Of a stretch of 28,571 nt of DNA, positions 26,674 to 28,571 are shown in pieces. The translations under genes and the position numbers were made by a program. Location: the NCBI GenBank assembly GCA_048885525.1, contig JBHLLP010000045.1:1-28571 (forward strand). The letters run 5' to 3'. Source of the stretch: Candidatus Hermodarchaeota archaeon (GTDB taxonomy: Archaea > Asgardarchaeota > Lokiarchaeia > Sigyniarchaeales > SOKP01). Position 1 is the stretch's first letter. Every line of letters starts with the position of its first letter. The notes under the pieces are model-generated. The model did not search any database and was not told the origin of the DNA. It worked only from the letters and a program-made list of their open reading frames with translations.

Positions 26674-26674
26674 T

Positions 26675-27544
26675 TCAATTCTTCCTCAATGATTTCAGTA
26701 TTTTTAAATTCATAATATCTTCTTTCATATCTTTACCTTTAGGCGTTTCTAGAATCCCTGGCAAGTCCTTAAATTTTTCGTCGTTAATAAAAAAACCAAA
26801 AGGTTCTTTTCCTATCTTTCCTTGACCAATATGGGTATGTCTGTCGACTCTGGAGCCGCATTCTTTATCAGTATCATTCAAATGGAATGCAAACAAATAT
26901 TTTAAACCAATAACATCATCGAATTCATTCCACATCTCCTCATATCCTTTTTTAGTAGTAAAATCATAACCTGCAGCGAACGAATGAGCAGTATCAAAAC
27001 AAACTCCAATTCTATTCTTTTTTTGTATTTTATCTATTATTGTTTTGAAATGATGGAATTTATTCCCTAAACCTTTACCTTGTCCAGCAGTGGTTTCAAG
27101 TAATATTATGACTTTTGATGATTTTTTAGCTTCCATAAGTTTGTTTAGCTGTTTAGCAATTTGTGTTAGTGCTTCAGCTTTAGTGATATCTTTTTTATCA
27201 TTAATTGGGATGACTCCGGGATGCATGTTCTCGTACTCTATATTTAATTGATCAACCTTGGTGAGCTCATCAAGCATAGCATCATATGATTTTTCTAATT
27301 TCTCCTTGTCTAAACTTGCCAAATTTACTAAATAACTATTATGGGAAATTACAGGCCAAATATCATCTTTTAATTCTTCTTTTTTGTTTATAAAATCATC
27401 AATTTCTTTTTGCTTTAAGGGACCAGAAGTCCACCCACGCACATTTCTAACAAATACTTGTAGGGCTTCGCAACCCAATTCTTTGCCACTCTCAAAAGCC
27501 ATATATTTACCCCCAGAAACACTCATATGTGCGCCAATTCTCAT
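26675..27544 (-). CDS. nfo: Endonuclease IV (AP endonuclease)
   Basis: IGAHMS, HNSYLVNLAS, HPG, LLETTAGQG, CFDTAHSFAAGY, HLND, DRHTHIGQG, ILETP. Confidence 0.96.
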   Translation of the reverse strand: MRIGAHMSVSGGKYMAFESGKELGCEALQVFVRNVRGWTSGPLKQKEIDDFINKKEELKDDIWPVISHNSYLVNLASLDKEKLEKSYDAMLDELTKVDQLNIEYENMHPGVIPINDKKDITKAEALTQIAKQLNKLMEAKKSSKVIILLETTAGQGKGLGNKFHHFKTIIDKIQKKNRIGVCFDTAHSFAAGYDFTTKKGYEEMWNEFDDVIGLKYLFAFHLNDTDKECGSRVDRHTHIGQGKIGKEPFGFFINDEKFKDLPGILETPKGKDMKEDIMNLKILKSLRKN

Positions 27545-27677
27545 TTAAATCTCCCAAATAATTTTTATTTAAATTATTGATATGAAAATGAAAATAAAAA
27601 GAATATTATATCTAATATGAAGCACATATTTCAATTTTAATAAAAAAAATAATTAAAAATAAGATTTTGAATGGGTT

Positions 27678-27910
27678 CTAGGCTAATTTAGTTTTTAAAT
27701 AATCAATGATTTTGGTAAAAAGTGGAATGCTTTCCCCTCTATTCACTCTTGATGAGATATGACTTGCCTTTTCTTCTAATATAAATTCATGAGGATGATT
27801 TTTTTCTTTTAGTTTCCCAATAAATTTTTCTATTGGTTCTATAGGGCATCTTGAATCTTCTTTACCTGCTATAATCATAACTGGGGCTTTAATATTTGAA
27901 ATTTAATGGG
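27678..27910 (-). pseudogene. C-terminal remnant of an S9 (prolyl oligopeptidase/acylpeptide hydrolase) alpha/beta hydrolase
   Basis: The frame extends upstream of the called ATG to ISNIKAPVMIIAGKEDSRCP...EKASH (Asp and His of the triad), then hits an in-frame TAA. An out-of-frame PI lies just before it. No GxSxG is present. Confidence 0.75.
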
Positions 27911-28050
27911 TATTAGAATTACTATTCGCCTTCTTTTTCTTTTTAATTATTAATTTCTCTACTAACAATTTTGTAAGAAATTAAATGTTATAATGACCAT
28001 TTAATATTTAAATCTATACGCATACTAAAAATGAAATTTTCAAATTGATT

Positions 28051-28571
28051 ATGAGTGAATTATATCACCTTGAACGATTACGTGAAGATCAAATTGAAGA
28101 AGCTAGCCAAGTACTTGGTCGAGCTTTTCAAGATGATCCATTATTTGTATATTGTTTTCCAGATCTTAAAGAAAGAGAGATTAAATCTGCTATTCACTGC
28201 GAATGGCTTATTTTGACTGGAATTTTATCTGGTGAAGTATACGTTACATCTAATGATTTTGAAGGTGTTGTTATATGGCATCCTCATGGAATAAGAGAAT
28301 ATATAATAAATAAACTCTCGAAGGAGATTAAACAAAGAATGCGAAAAGTTAAAAGAGAGTTATTTTCAAATGCTTTATACGCAGAGAGGTTGACAGTCTT
28401 TGAAGAAATTGCTAATTCATTTCAAATTGAACACGTGAATTTTCCTCATTGGTATTTAGCTATGATTGGCGTAGATCCAATGCATCAAAGTAAAGGTTAT
28501 GGCAGTAAGTTAATAAAGATGAAACTTGCTGAAATTGATGAACAAAATTTACCGTGCTATTTACATACTGA
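28051..28571 (+). CDS. GNAT family N-acetyltransferase, 3'-truncated by the window edge
   Basis: Absent from the ORF track because it has no stop. My translation: MSELYHLERLREDQIEEASQVLGRAFQDDP...HWYLAMIGVDPMHQSKGYGSKLI...LPCYLHT, with acetyl-CoA motif QxKGYG. Confidence 0.9.
   Translation, partial: MSELYHLERLREDQIEEASQVLGRAFQDDPLFVYCFPDLKEREIKSAIHCEWLILTGILSGEVYVTSNDFEGVVIWHPHGIREYIINKLSKEIKQRMRKVKRELFSNALYAERLTVFEEIANSFQIEHVNFPHWYLAMIGVDPMHQSKGYGSKLIKMKLAEIDEQNLPCYLHT

Noticed and set aside
493-26677. TGA-terminated genes (stops at 495, 12492 and 26675) as possible selenocysteine readthrough
   Set aside because: Each TGA falls at or near the apparent protein C-terminus, none belongs to a known selenoprotein family, and I see no SECIS-like hairpin.

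Overview
An AT-rich, gene-dense archaeal window with about 29 CDSs or CDS fragments and no rRNA, tRNA, CRISPR array or mobile element that I can support. A divergent actin-family gene, a surface protein with an IPGY-TM-basic (Loki-CTERM-type) tail and a soluble multi-PAS histidine kinase together point to an Asgard archaeon, probably Lokiarchaeia (inference). Housekeeping genes include purD, a type IA topoisomerase, nfo, hxlB, a split MgtE-type transporter with a PhoU/TrkA-C partner, a PRTase, a HAD hydrolase and a Fe-S protein. The most interesting part is the co-oriented minus-strand cluster at 12510-15763: a coiled-coil/Pro-rich protein ending in a WH2-like helix+LKKI motif, a PIG-L deacetylase, an actin-related protein with replaced catalytic residues, and a winged-helix protein. 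This is a candidate Arp plus nucleation-factor-like module. Other eukaryote-like candidates are a TMEM62-like metallophosphoesterase, a Top3-beta-like topoisomerase, a tandem pair of claudin-like four-TM proteins and tandem SET-domain genes. All family comparisons are from recalled motifs, not from database searches.
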